A DNA stretch of 53,844 nt, taken from contig DATHSY010000073.1 of the NCBI GenBank assembly GCA_035463715.1, positions 1 through 53,844 of the forward strand, given 5' to 3'. The DNA is from Actinomycetota bacterium. Lineage in GTDB: Bacteria > Actinomycetota > UBA4738 > HRBIN12. Numbering within the stretch: the stretch's first letter is position 1; each line of letters begins with the position of its first letter. Below are positions 10,096 to 19,753 of the stretch, in pieces. The notes below the pieces were generated by a model. That model was not told where the DNA came from, made no database searches, and saw only the letters and a program-made list of their open reading frames with translations. The translations under genes were made by a program, and so were the position numbers.

Positions 10096-10401
10096 CCCGT
10101 GTGGCCTGCCCGCTCGCCCGGCGATCCCGCACGCACCCGGGCCGGCCCCCCTGCGGAGGGTATGCCAGTGCCGACGCGGCAGGCAACCCGGAAGACACGC
10201 CTTTTGTCGGTCGTCCCCACGTTTGCGTCGTTTCGAAGGCTGTGCGATGCTGCGCGTTGCGCCGGCTCCGGGACGGCCTCGGAGTCAGGTGCGCGATCGG
10301 GAGCGGGTCCCCGGCGGAGCCGAAGTCGGTACCTGTCGTCGAGCGGTCCGGGGTGGTTGTGCGCGGCGCGCGAAGCTGCGTTGCGCCGAAGGGGGGAGCA
10401 G

Positions 10402-11493
10402 ATGCGTGGAGCTCGGGTGTGGGCGATCCTCGGCGTGATGATCCTCGTCCTCGCCGCGTGCGGCGACGACGGCGACGGCGGCGACGGCGGCGGTGGTGGC
10501 GGTGGTGGCGGCGGTGGCGAGGACCTCACCATCGGCGTCTCGTGGAACAACTACAACGAGGAGCGCTGGGCGAAGTGGGACGAGCCCGCGATCAAGGAGG
10601 CGCTCGACGCCGCCGGCGCCAAGTACATCTCGTCGGACGCGGGGTCATCGGCCGAGCAGCAGCTCTCCGATGTCGAGAACCTGATCTCGCAGGGGGCGGA
10701 CGCGCTCCTCATCCTGGCCCAGGACACGGAGGCCATCGTGCCGGCGGTCCAGAGCGCGCTCGAGCAGGGCGTCCCCGTCGTCGCGTACGACCGGCTGATC
10801 GAGGACCCGGGAGCGCTGTACGTCACGTTCGACAACGTCGAGGTGGGCCGTCTCCAGGCCCAGGCCGTGTACGAGCAGGTTCCGAAGGGCAACTACGTCT
10901 TCATCAAGGGGAACTCGGCCGACCCCAACGCCGACTTCGTGCACTCAGGGCAGCTCGAGGTCCTCCAGGACGCGATCGACTCGGGTGACATCGTGAACGT
11001 CGGCGAGTCCTACACCGACAACTGGGACCCGGCGGTCGCGCAGACCAACATGGAGCAGTTCCTGACCGAGAACGACAACGATGTCCAGGCCGTCGTCGCG
11101 TCCAACGACGGGATGGCAGGCGGCGTCGTTGCGGCGCTCGAGGCGCAGGGGCTCGCCGGCGAGGTCGCCGTGTCGGGTCAGGACGGCGATCTCGCAGCGC
11201 TCAACCGGGTGGCGCTCGGCACCCAGACGGTGTCGGTCTGGAAGGACGCGCGCCTGCTCGGCAACGCGGCCGGCGAGGCCGCGGTCCTGCTCGCGCAGGG
11301 GACGGCGCTGGAGGAGATCCCCGACACGGTGATCTTCACGACCCCGGTGAACAGCTACGACATGACGTCGATCCTGCTGACGCCGGAGGCGATCACGCAG
11401 GACAACCTCGACGTCGTCGTCGACGCGGGGTGGATCGCGACCGACGAGCTGTGTCAAGGCGTCAAGTCGGGGACGGTGGACGTCTGCGGCTGA
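10402..11493 (+). CDS. xylF: D-xylose/sugar ABC transporter substrate-binding lipoprotein
   Basis: ATG at 10402 follows a purine-rich RBS (aagggggga). MRGARVWAILGVMILVLAACG is a lipobox, followed by a Gly/Asp linker and a type-I periplasmic binding fold (TIGVSWNNYNEERWAKWD...VSGQDGDLAAL). Divergent from the ROK regulator. Confidence 0.85.
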   Translation: MRGARVWAILGVMILVLAACGDDGDGGDGGGGGGGGGGGEDLTIGVSWNNYNEERWAKWDEPAIKEALDAAGAKYISSDAGSSAEQQLSDVENLISQGADALLILAQDTEAIVPAVQSALEQGVPVVAYDRLIEDPGALYVTFDNVEVGRLQAQAVYEQVPKGNYVFIKGNSADPNADFVHSGQLEVLQDAIDSGDIVNVGESYTDNWDPAVAQTNMEQFLTENDNDVQAVVASNDGMAGGVVAALEAQGLAGEVAVSGQDGDLAALNRVALGTQTVSVWKDARLLGNAAGEAAVLLAQGTALEEIPDTVIFTTPVNSYDMTSILLTPEAITQDNLDVVVDAGWIATDELCQGVKSGTVDVCG

Positions 11494-11523
11494 CGGCCGG
11501 ACTGACCGTTCGATGATCGCAGC

Positions 11524-11561
11524 AGGTGCGCCTCGTCCCGGGCAGCGGGCGAGGCGCACCT
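11524..11561 (+). promoter_or_regulatory. intercistronic stem-loop between the binding-protein and permease genes
   Basis: AGGTGCGCCTCG (11524-11535) pairs perfectly with CGAGGCGCACCT (11550-11561). Inner CCCG/CGGG extends the stem. No T-tract follows. Confidence 0.5.
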
Positions 11562-11565
11562 CCGT

Positions 11566-12891
11566 GTGGACATAGGATGCTGGGCGGTGGCGAAGACCGA
11601 CGTCTCGGCGGCCGGACCGCTTCCTGAGACCGCCCCCACCGGGGCCGGGCGGTCGATCGGCGATGTCTTCCGCGCGGCCGAGATCGACGCGCGTCTGGTC
11701 GGGATGATCCTGGCGCTCGCCGCGATCTGGATCGGGTTCCACATCCTGTCGGGCGGCATCTTCCTGACGCCGCGCAACCTCTGGAACCTCTCGGTCCAGA
11801 CGGCCGTGGTCGCGATCATGGCCACCGGGATGGTCCTCGTCATCGTCGAGCGTCACATCGACCTGTCGGTCGGCTCGCTGATGGCGGCGGTCGGGATGGT
11901 GATGGGACTGCTTCAGAGCGATTGGCTTCCGAGCGCGATCGGCTTCGACCACCCAGCGACCTGGGTCATCGCGCTCGTCGCCGGCCTGGTGCTCGGCGCC
12001 GTGATCGGCGGGTTCCAGGGCGTGGTCGTCGCGTACGTCGGCGTGCCGTCGTTCATCGTCACGCTCGGCGGGTTGCTGGTGTGGCGTGGGGTCGCGTGGT
12101 GGCTCGCGAGCGGACAGACGATCGCGCCGATGGACTCGAACTTCCGGCTCCTCGGTGGTGGATCGGAGGGGACGATCGGCGGGACGTGGAGCTGGATCGT
12201 CGGCGTCATCGCCTGCGTCGGCGTCGTGGCGCTCCAGATGCAGCGGCGCCGCGAACGCGCACGGTACGGGTTCCGTCTGCGGCCGATGGGCATCGAGGTG
12301 GGGATCGCGGCGGGCGCCTGCGTGGCGATCCTCGCTGCCATCGCGGTCCTGAACCGCTACTACCTCCCCCCGCTGCTGGCCGAGCGCCGCGGCGCGCCGC
12401 CCGGCGCTCAGATCTCGCTGGGCCTGGCGTACCCCGTCCTCATCACGATCGGTGTGACGATCCTGATGACGGTGCTCGCGACGCGTCGTCGCTTCGGGCG
12501 CTACGTGTATTCGATCGGAGGGAACCCCGAGGCCGCCGAGCTCGGCGGCATCAAGACCAAGCGCACGGTCGTCAAGACGTTCGCGCTGATGGGCACCCTC
12601 GTCGGCCTCGCGGGAGCGGTGCAGATCGCGCGGCTCAACGCGGCCGTCAGCAGCCTGGGGACCGGCATGGAGCTGTCGGTCATCGCCGCCGCGGTGATCG
12701 GCGGGACATCGTTCAGCGGCGGCATCGGGACGATCCCCGGCGCGGTGCTCGGCGCGCTCGTGATGCAGTCTCTGGTGTCGGGCATGGTGCTCATGGGGAT
12801 CGAGGCGCCGTTGCAGGACATCGTGGTGGGGATCGTGCTCGTCTCCGCGGTGGCGATCGACACGACGATCCGACGCCGGACGGCGGTCTGA
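11566..12891 (+). CDS. xylH: sugar (xylose-type) ABC transporter permease
   Basis: Multi-TM protein with CUT2 permease motifs ([41 protein letters not shown]). The GTG start at 11566 is tentative; an in-frame alternative GTG lies at 11587. Confidence 0.85.
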   Translation: MDIGCWAVAKTDVSAAGPLPETAPTGAGRSIGDVFRAAEIDARLVGMILALAAIWIGFHILSGGIFLTPRNLWNLSVQTAVVAIMATGMVLVIVERHIDLSVGSLMAAVGMVMGLLQSDWLPSAIGFDHPATWVIALVAGLVLGAVIGGFQGVVVAYVGVPSFIVTLGGLLVWRGVAWWLASGQTIAPMDSNFRLLGGGSEGTIGGTWSWIVGVIACVGVVALQMQRRRERARYGFRLRPMGIEVGIAAGACVAILAAIAVLNRYYLPPLLAERRGAPPGAQISLGLAYPVLITIGVTILMTVLATRRRFGRYVYSIGGNPEAAELGGIKTKRTVVKTFALMGTLVGLAGAVQIARLNAAVSSLGTGMELSVIAAAVIGGTSFSGGIGTIPGAVLGALVMQSLVSGMVLMGIEAPLQDIVVGIVLVSAVAIDTTIRRRTAV

Positions 12892-13685
12892 TGGCGGTCA
12901 CCGAGACGTCGCAGCGGACGCGGCTCGTCGAGATGCGCAACATCCGGGTCGCGTTCGGCGGCGTCCATGCCGTCGACGGTGTGAGCGTCGATCTGTACCC
13001 GGGCGAGATCGTCGGCCTCGTCGGCGGCAACGGCGCCGGCAAGACGACGCTGATCAGGACGCTGTCGGGCGCCCATCCGGCCGATTCGGGCGAGATCCTG
13101 ATCGACGGGGAGCCGGTCGACATCCAGACGCCTCGCGACGCGAAGCACCTCGGGATCGAAACGATCTACCAGACGCTCGCTCTGGCGGACAACATCGACG
13201 CCCCCGCCAACGTGTTCCTCGGCCGCGAGATCACCACGCGGTTCGGGTTCCTCGACTCGAGCGCGATGGAGGACGCGACCCGCAAGCTGATGCAGCGGCT
13301 CAACCCGAAGTTCCGGAGCTTCGTCGCTCCCGTCAGCTCGCTGTCGGGCGGCCAGCGGCAATCCGTCGCGATCGCGCGAGCCGTCCACTTCAACGCCCGC
13401 ATCCTGATCATGGACGAGCCGACCGCCGCGCTGGGGCCGGCCGAGACCGCGGAGGTGCGGGACCTGATCCGTCAGCTCCGCTCGGAGGGGATCGGCATCT
13501 TCCTGATCAGCCACGACATCCACGATGTGTTCGACCTGTCCGACCGGATCAGCGTGATGCTCCAGGGCAAGCTCGTCGGCACCGTGGACAAGGACGACGT
13601 CAATGTCGACGAGGTCCTCGCCATGATCATCATGGGCAAGAAGCCCGGCGAGGTGACGCAGAAGGACATCGCCGAGCTGCATTGA
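12891..13685 (+). CDS. sugar ABC transporter ATP-binding protein, single nucleotide-binding domain
   Basis: ATG at 12891 overlaps the permease TGA. Walker [10 protein letters not shown], signature LSGGQRQS, Walker [12 protein letters not shown]. 264 aa. Confidence 0.9.
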   Translation: MAVTETSQRTRLVEMRNIRVAFGGVHAVDGVSVDLYPGEIVGLVGGNGAGKTTLIRTLSGAHPADSGEILIDGEPVDIQTPRDAKHLGIETIYQTLALADNIDAPANVFLGREITTRFGFLDSSAMEDATRKLMQRLNPKFRSFVAPVSSLSGGQRQSVAIARAVHFNARILIMDEPTAALGPAETAEVRDLIRQLRSEGIGIFLISHDIHDVFDLSDRISVMLQGKLVGTVDKDDVNVDEVLAMIIMGKKPGEVTQKDIAELH

Positions 13686-13701
13686 TCCGCACCGCGAAGG
13701 C

Positions 13702-14796
13702 TTACCGTGGGCCGGCGTCCCCGCGATCGGGCAGGCGGACGACCGTCCCCATCCTCGAGCTCTCGCGCGCGGCCTCGAGCACCTCGAGCACCTCGACGGC
13801 ATCCCAGGGATCGACCGGTGCCGGCGAGCCTGTTCGGAGCGCGGCCGCGACCCCCTCGTAGAACCGCAGGTACGCACCGGGCTGGCTCTTCACGGCGCGC
13901 GAGCCGCCGACACCGTCCTCGATCCGGCCCCACGCACCGCTCGGCTCGCGTCCGAACCCCGGATCGCTCGGCCTCGCGCCCGCCGCGAGCGCGCCCTCCT
14001 GTGGGTCGAGCCCGTGCTTGACGAACGCCGCGCGCGTTCCGAGGATCCGGAAACGCGGGCCGAGGCTGGCGGCCACGGCGGTCGCCCACAGGTGCGTGCG
14101 GACGCCTCCCGGATGCGTCAGCGCGACGAACACGTCGTCGTCGGTCACGACACCGGGCCGCCGACGGTCCACCTCGGCGTAGACGTGCGTCGGGCGGCCG
14201 AACAGCTGAACCGCCTGATCGACGAGGTGGCTGCCGAGGTCGAGCAGCAGACCGCCCGCGTCCTGCGGGTCAGCGAGCTCGCGCCACTCGTCGAGGTTCA
14301 CCGACAGCCGCCAGCGTTCGAAGCGCGACTCGAACCGCAGCACCTCGCCGAGCTCGCCGTCGGCGAGCACGCGACGGACCGTCAGGAAGTCGGCGTCCCA
14401 TCGCCGGTTCTGGAACACGCTCACGAACAGTCCGCCTTCGGATGCCGCCGTGACGAGCGCCCGTGCCTCGGTGGCGGAGGGTGCGAGGGGCTTGTCGACG
14501 ACGACGGCCAGGCCGGCGTCGAGCGCCGTCATCGCGATCGGCACGTGGTGCCGGTTCGGTGTGGCGACCACGATCAGGTCGTGTTCGTCGGCCGCCTCCC
14601 AGAGCGCGTCCACGCGCTCGACGACCCGGGCGTCGGGGTACCGCGAACCGGCACGGCGCCGGCGGTCGGGGTCGCTCGTCACGATCGAGACGAGCCGCAT
14701 CGCGGGAACGGCGTGGATCAGCGGCGCGTGGAAGACCTCGCCGCCCAGCCCGTAGCCGACCAGACCAACGCGGACCGGTTCGGCATCGGCGATCAT
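13702..14796 (-). CDS. Gfo/Idh/MocA-family NAD(P)-dependent oxidoreductase
   Basis: N-terminal Rossmann motif [12 protein letters not shown]. Typical ...[28 protein letters not shown]... core. 364 aa. Confidence 0.85.
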   Translation of the reverse strand: MIADAEPVRVGLVGYGLGGEVFHAPLIHAVPAMRLVSIVTSDPDRRRRAGSRYPDARVVERVDALWEAADEHDLIVVATPNRHHVPIAMTALDAGLAVVVDKPLAPSATEARALVTAASEGGLFVSVFQNRRWDADFLTVRRVLADGELGEVLRFESRFERWRLSVNLDEWRELADPQDAGGLLLDLGSHLVDQAVQLFGRPTHVYAEVDRRRPGVVTDDDVFVALTHPGGVRTHLWATAVAASLGPRFRILGTRAAFVKHGLDPQEGALAAGARPSDPGFGREPSGAWGRIEDGVGGSRAVKSQPGAYLRFYEGVAAALRTGSPAPVDPWDAVEVLEVLEAARESSRMGTVVRLPDRGDAGPR

Positions 14797-14817
14797 CGGC
14801 CCAGCCTATCGGCGCGT

Positions 14818-16755
14818 TCATCGAGGAGGACCCTCGCCGCCGATCAGGGCCAGGACCTCGTCACCGTAGCGCTGGAGCTTCGCCGGACCGATACCGGAGA
14901 TCGAGGCGAGGCCGGTCCGGTCCCGCGGCTTCCGATCGGCGATCTCGACGAGCGTCCTGTCCGGGAACACGACGTACGCCGGCACGCCGTCCGACTTGGC
15001 CCGGGACCGTCTCCACTCCCGGAGCCGGTCGAACAGTGGGCCGTCGCTCGCCGCCGCCGCGACCGGTTCGCGCCTCGTGGTCGCCCCCGCCGGCATCGGC
15101 CGGGCCCGCACGCCGAGCTCCTCGAGGTAGGGGCTCGGGCGCGCGCGGCCGTCGGTTGGCCATGTCAGGAACAGGTACCGCCGCGCGCGCGTGAGCGCGA
15201 CGTACAGCAGCCGGCGCTCCTCGGTCGGGTCGGCCTTGGCACGCCCGGAGCGGAACGGGATCTCCCCGTCGAGCAGCCGCGGAAGCAGGACGGCATCGAA
15301 CTCGAGCCCCTTCGCGCGGTGGAACGTGAGCAGGTTCACGCCGCGTCCCGCATGCTCGGTCGAGAAGCGCCGGGTCAGCTCCCGAACGAAGGCGGTCGCA
15401 TCGCCGGCCGGATCCGATGACGCGAACTCGACGGCCAGCGCCCGCAGACGAGCAAGGTCGGATTGACGCGTCAGCTCGTCGTCAGACTCCGGTTCGATGT
15501 CCGGTCGGTACCCGAGCTCGTCCGTCACGCCTTCGACGAGCTCCACGAGAGAACGGGGCGCCGCGCGGCGCAGCCGCTGGAGGACCGCCCGCGGACCGGG
15601 ACGGCGGAGGAAGGCGCCGTCGCGGACCTGGTACGGGATCCCCGCCGCGGCGAACGCCTCCTCGAACGGCTCCGACCGCGCGTTGATGCGGTAGAGCACC
15701 GCGATCTCCTCGAGCGCCACGCCTTCGTCGTCGCGGAGCCCACGCACCGCGCGAACGACCGCCGCCACCTCGGCCGCCTCATCCGAGATGGCCCGGGCGA
15801 CGGGCTCGGGCCCCGCCGGGCGTGTCGGGCGAAGCGTCTTGGCGAACCCCCCGAGCCGCGGCGCCAGCCGGTTCGCGAGACCCAGGATCTGCGGCGACGA
15901 ACGGTAGTTCTCCTCGAGACGCACGACCGTCGCGCCGGGGAAGCGATCCGGGAACGAAAGCAGGTGCTCCGGCGACGCTCCCGTGAACGTGTAGATCGTC
16001 TGGTAGTCGTCGCCCACCACGCAGATGTCCCCGCGCCCGCCGAGCCATCGGTCGAGCAGCGCCGCTTGGAGCGGGTTGACGTCCTGGAACTCGTCGACGG
16101 TGAACGCGGCGAACCGGCGCCGGACCTCCTCGACCGCCGCCGGGCGCTCGTCGAAGAGCCTCACGGCGAGCCCGAGCATGTCCTCGAAGTCCAGCTGCCC
16201 GGTCGCGCGCTTGCGGCGCTCGTACCCCTCGTAGACCCGGTGCATCAGCGGAGCCGGGATGGGCGGCTCGTGGTCGCCGAGCTCGTCGAGGTACCGCCCC
16301 GAGGGGATCATCCGGTTCTTGGCCCACTCGATCTCGTTCGCGAGCTCACGGCGCGGCAGGAACCGGTGCGGCGGCGGGAGCGCGCCCGCGAGCGACGCGA
16401 TCAGCGGCGCCTTGTGGTCGAGCACCTCGGGCACCGCCTGCCCGGTGTGCGCCGGCATCAGGCGGGACAGCTGCGAGAGCGCGGCCGAGTGGAACGTTCG
16501 GGCCTCGACGCCGTCCACGCCGAGCCTCGCGAGGCGGGCCTTCAGCTCACCGGCCGCCTTGTCCGTGAACGTGACCGCCAGGATCTGCGAAGGGCGGAAC
16601 GCGCCGGTCGCGACCTGGCACGCGACCCGGTGCGTGATCGTCGTCGTCTTGCCCGTCCCAGCACCGGCGAGGATCACGACCGGGCCACGGACCGCGAGCG
16701 CCGCCTGACGCTGGGCGTCGTTCAGCCCGGCGACGATCTCCTCCAGTGGCCGCAC
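14818..16755 (-). CDS. UvrD/PcrA/Rep-family ATP-dependent DNA helicase with C-terminal HRDC domain (UvrD2-like)
   Basis: Walker A AGAGTGKTT, DEFQD box (TVDEFQDVNP), and an HRDC-like tail FDRLREWRRSRAKSDGVPAYVVFPDRTLVEIA...ISGIGPAKLQRYGDEVL. GTG start at 16753-16755. Confidence 0.85.
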   Translation of the reverse strand: MRPLEEIVAGLNDAQRQAALAVRGPVVILAGAGTGKTTTITHRVACQVATGAFRPSQILAVTFTDKAAGELKARLARLGVDGVEARTFHSAALSQLSRLMPAHTGQAVPEVLDHKAPLIASLAGALPPPHRFLPRRELANEIEWAKNRMIPSGRYLDELGDHEPPIPAPLMHRVYEGYERRKRATGQLDFEDMLGLAVRLFDERPAAVEEVRRRFAAFTVDEFQDVNPLQAALLDRWLGGRGDICVVGDDYQTIYTFTGASPEHLLSFPDRFPGATVVRLEENYRSSPQILGLANRLAPRLGGFAKTLRPTRPAGPEPVARAISDEAAEVAAVVRAVRGLRDDEGVALEEIAVLYRINARSEPFEEAFAAAGIPYQVRDGAFLRRPGPRAVLQRLRRAAPRSLVELVEGVTDELGYRPDIEPESDDELTRQSDLARLRALAVEFASSDPAGDATAFVRELTRRFSTEHAGRGVNLLTFHRAKGLEFDAVLLPRLLDGEIPFRSGRAKADPTEERRLLYVALTRARRYLFLTWPTDGRARPSPYLEELGVRARPMPAGATTRREPVAAAASDGPLFDRLREWRRSRAKSDGVPAYVVFPDRTLVEIADRKPRDRTGLASISGIGPAKLQRYGDEVLALIGGEGPPR

Positions 16756-16791
16756 CCGCGGACGGTAGCACCGCCCGCGGACACGGCTATG

Positions 16792-16821
16792 CCTAGCGTC
16801 GCTGCGCGCAGCGACGCTAGG
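16792..16821. terminator. perfect 30-nt palindrome overlapping the stop of the BNR gene (hairpin or bidirectional site)
   Basis: CCTAGCGTCGCTGCG|CGCAGCGACGCTAGG, with the TAG stop (16817-16819) inside one arm. No U-tract. Shares the 11-mer TAGCGTCGCTG with the 27.7 kb operator-like region. Confidence 0.4.
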
Positions 16822-18613
16822 TGATCAGGATCGAGTTGCCGTAGATGTTCTGGTCGAGTCCTCCGGCGTTCGCACAGGTGTCCGGGCCGAACGTCCCGTC
16901 GGTCTCGGTCCGGCATTGCTTCACGTCGAACCCGTCCTGCGAGTCCTCACGCGGATCGGTGCCCTCGACTACGTCGCGGTTGTCGGTCCACGTGAAGTAC
17001 CCGAAGACGCTGCCGTCGGCGCGTTCGGCGAGCGAGATCCAGTTGTAGTCGCCCTGGAACGGGATGTGGCGGTTACCGAACATCTCGTATTCGGGCTGAT
17101 GCGCCACGTCGGACGCGGGGTCGGCCACGGGCGTGAACGCGACGCCGTCGCTCGAGGTCGCGACGAACGTGTGCACGATGTCGGTCCCGCACGACGTGGC
17201 ATCGGTCGTGTTGCCCATCGGCAGCTGGACGCTGTAGCACGGATCCGACCGGGAGTCCTGCCACACGACGGCGAGCGCACCCGAGAGCGCGTCGACGTCG
17301 GGGAAGAACTGGTGCCCCTCCGGCTGCGGATCCACCGGCGTCGGGGCGCTCCAGGTCGCTCCGTCGTCCGTGGTGGAGACGACGTACACGAGCGACTGGC
17401 CCACGCTTCCGCCGCCGGCCGACGAGTATGACGTCTCGCTCGTTTCGATGCTGTCGGGTCGGATCTCGTTGTAGGCCAGGTACACGCCGTCCAGCTCGCC
17501 GGTCTGGTCGGCCGTCACGCGCGGCTCGAGCGGGATCCGTGCGAACACGTACCCCGTCGGGCACTCGAAGACACCGTCGCCGCAGTCGCGGGTACCGTCG
17601 TTGGGGGCGTACGGCGTGATCGCGCGGATCAGCCGGGCCCGGGAGAACGACGCGCCGCCGTCGGTCGAGCGGGCGAACGCGAGCGCGGTCGGGTTCCTCC
17701 CCGCGGCGAAGGTCCTGAAGGTGACGAACACGTCGCCATCGGCCTCGACGGCGATATCGCAGCCCTGCACCGAGATGATCTCCTTCGTGCGCGAGATCGG
17801 CATCGGCCGCGAGAACGTCTCCCCCATGTCCGTCGAGCGACTGAAATACAGCTTGTTCTGCCCGAAGCCCGTGAACCGCGACCAGCACACGTACACGTTG
17901 CCGTCGTGCTCGCCGCCCGTGCGATCGACCTCGAGCATCGGCTTGTCCTGGAACACGCCCTGGAAGTTCCTCGACGGCGTGCCCACGCCGACGACCCGCG
18001 TGCGGAGGTAGTCGACCGGGTAGCCGTTCGGCTGGTCCTGCGCGCCGTAGGTTGCCACGTACACGTCGCCGTTGATCGCGCCGGCGCGGTTGAACGAGAT
18101 CCCGCCGACGAACAGGTTCCCGTTCGAGTCGAACGCAGCGATCGGGTCACCGGCTTCGGTGTGACGGCCAAAGAGCGGTGAGGCCATCCCCTCCGTCGAC
18201 GTGTCCTGCGGGTAACCCGGGACGAACGAGTTCGTCCACGTCTCGCCCGCGTCGTTCGAGAACCCGAACCCCTGCCATCCCGCGCCGAGGTCGGTGAGGC
18301 AGTAGTCGTTCCACCCGGATACGACGACGTCCGGATCGGTCGGGTCGACCACCGAGAACGGCTCGTTGTTCTGCCGTCGGCTGCCGCCGTCGTTCGAGTC
18401 GATGTCGCCGTCGTCCGGATCGTCGTCGGACGCGGGATCCGTCGACTCGTCGTTGCAGTGCTGGATCGCCGCATCGCTTCCGCCGTCGTGACGGACCCAC
18501 GTCTGTCCCGTGACGAGGTCGTCGTCGGCGTCGACGGTCGTCGCCGCGGCCGCCGGCATGGCGGGGAGCAGCCCGAGAGCGGCCGCGGAGATGCTGACGA
18601 GGAGACGTCGCAT
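16817..18613 (-). CDS. secreted BNR/Asp-box repeat (sialidase-fold) protein
   Basis: ATG at 18611-18613 follows GGAGGAGGG on the minus strand. Signal peptide MRRLLVSISAAALGLLPAMPAAAA. Asp-boxes SNDAGETW, STDMGETF, STDGGASF, TTDDGATW. 598 aa. Confidence 0.8.
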   Translation of the reverse strand: MRRLLVSISAAALGLLPAMPAAAATTVDADDDLVTGQTWVRHDGGSDAAIQHCNDESTDPASDDDPDDGDIDSNDGGSRRQNNEPFSVVDPTDPDVVVSGWNDYCLTDLGAGWQGFGFSNDAGETWTNSFVPGYPQDTSTEGMASPLFGRHTEAGDPIAAFDSNGNLFVGGISFNRAGAINGDVYVATYGAQDQPNGYPVDYLRTRVVGVGTPSRNFQGVFQDKPMLEVDRTGGEHDGNVYVCWSRFTGFGQNKLYFSRSTDMGETFSRPMPISRTKEIISVQGCDIAVEADGDVFVTFRTFAAGRNPTALAFARSTDGGASFSRARLIRAITPYAPNDGTRDCGDGVFECPTGYVFARIPLEPRVTADQTGELDGVYLAYNEIRPDSIETSETSYSSAGGGSVGQSLVYVVSTTDDGATWSAPTPVDPQPEGHQFFPDVDALSGALAVVWQDSRSDPCYSVQLPMGNTTDATSCGTDIVHTFVATSSDGVAFTPVADPASDVAHQPEYEMFGNRHIPFQGDYNWISLAERADGSVFGYFTWTDNRDVVEGTDPREDSQDGFDVKQCRTETDGTFGPDTCANAGGLDQNIYGNSILIT

Positions 18614-18722
18614 GACACATCCCTCCTCCCGGAGGCGATCGGGTTCGGCCTCCGACCGAACCACCCTCCCACCGCGTCGGAACGTCGCGCAACTGTGGTC
18701 GACGGGTTCAGCCAGCGTGCGC

Positions 18723-19121
18723 TCAGGGACCGGCGTGCTCTGCCTGCTCGGCGTCGCGCTTGGTCCGGTGGATCGTCCCCTCGGGGTGCTCCGGCGGCGA
18801 GTACAGCGAGTACAGCCGAAGATCCCCATCGCCCGTGTTCACGACGTTGTGCCACACGCCCGCCGGGACGATGAACGCCCAGTCCTCGCCGACGTCGTGC
18901 GCCTCGTCGACGGAGTCCTCCGCCGTTCCGAGCTCCAGCCGCCCGCGTCCCTGTTCGATCCGCAAGAACTGGTCGAGGTGCGGATGGACCTCGCGCCCGA
19001 TGTCCTCGCCGGGCGCCAACCGCATCACCGTGAGCTGCGTGTGCGAACCCGTGAACAGGACGCGCCGGAAGTCGCCGTTGCCCCGCGTGACCGCTTCGAT
19101 GTCGTCGACCCACCCGAGCAT
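18723..19121 (-). CDS. cupin-domain protein
   Basis: ATG at 19119-19121 follows GAGGAGG. Cupin motifs GREVHPHLDQFLRIEQG and PAGVWHNVVN. 132 aa. Confidence 0.8.
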   Translation of the reverse strand: MLGWVDDIEAVTRGNGDFRRVLFTGSHTQLTVMRLAPGEDIGREVHPHLDQFLRIEQGRGRLELGTAEDSVDEAHDVGEDWAFIVPAGVWHNVVNTGDGDLRLYSLYSPPEHPEGTIHRTKRDAEQAEHAGP

Positions 19122-19147
19122 GCTGGCCTCCTCTCGCCGCTCCGACC

Positions 19148-19753
19148 CTACTCCCGCCGGGCGGGACGCCATGAACGGAGCGCGGCGTCGAGCAGGTCGA
19201 CCATCCGCTCGAAGGACCGGTCGACGTCCTGCGGGATGCCGAACCCGCCAGCCGCCTCGAGCGACACGAACCCGTGGAGCGCCGAACGCACCGCTCGCGT
19301 CGCGTCGATCGCGTCGGTCCCTTCGAGCCCGTAACCGGCCATGACGCGGGCGACCGTCTCGAGCACCTCGGCGCTCGCGGCGAGCGCCTCCTCGTCATCC
19401 GGATCGGGGGCGCGCACGGTGGACGCGTACCGTCCCGGATGGGCACGCGCGTACCCGCGGAACGCATAGGCCATCGCGCGGAACGCCTCCCGCTTCGTCG
19501 CGCCCGCGATCGCGGTCGCGAGCGCGTCGCCGAACTCACGCACGGACGAGGCCGCCACCTCTCGCCGCAGCGCGTCTAGGCCGTCGATGTGCTTGTACAG
19601 GCTCGGCACCGCGACGCCGAACCGATCGGCGAGGCCGGCCAGCGTCAAGCGGTCCCAACCGACGTCGTCGGCGAGACGAGCGGCCTCGCCGACGACGGTG
19701 GCGGGCGTGAGGCCGGCCCTAGCCACGGGCGTCCCGTGGGACCCGGATGCCAT
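19148..19753 (-). CDS. TetR/AcrR-family transcriptional regulator
   Basis: HTH segment TLAGLADRFGVAVPSLYKHI and a C-terminal ligand domain ending ...ALHGFVSLEAAGGF. An alternative GTG start at 19726 would leave an 8-nt overlap with the upstream hydrolase gene. Confidence 0.85.
   Translation of the reverse strand: MASGSHGTPVARAGLTPATVVGEAARLADDVGWDRLTLAGLADRFGVAVPSLYKHIDGLDALRREVAASSVREFGDALATAIAGATKREAFRAMAYAFRGYARAHPGRYASTVRAPDPDDEEALAASAEVLETVARVMAGYGLEGTDAIDATRAVRSALHGFVSLEAAGGFGIPQDVDRSFERMVDLLDAALRSWRPARRE

Noticed and set aside
10461-10522. Tandem GGC/GGT/GAC tract as a possible CRISPR or satellite repeat
   Set aside because: It is in frame inside xylF and encodes the Gly/Asp linker after the lipobox. 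It is a simple coding low-complexity tract.
18614-18722. Possible terminator or riboswitch between the cupin and BNR genes
   Set aside because: There is only a 7-bp stem (GGTTCGG/CCGAACC, 18642-18662) with a 7-nt loop and no U-tract. This is too weak to call.
17629-19539. A 636-aa minus-strand ORF spanning the BNR, cupin and TetR genes
   Set aside because: It is out of frame with three motif-bearing CDSs on the same strand. Extreme Arg/Ser/Thr/Pro composition. Shadow ORF.
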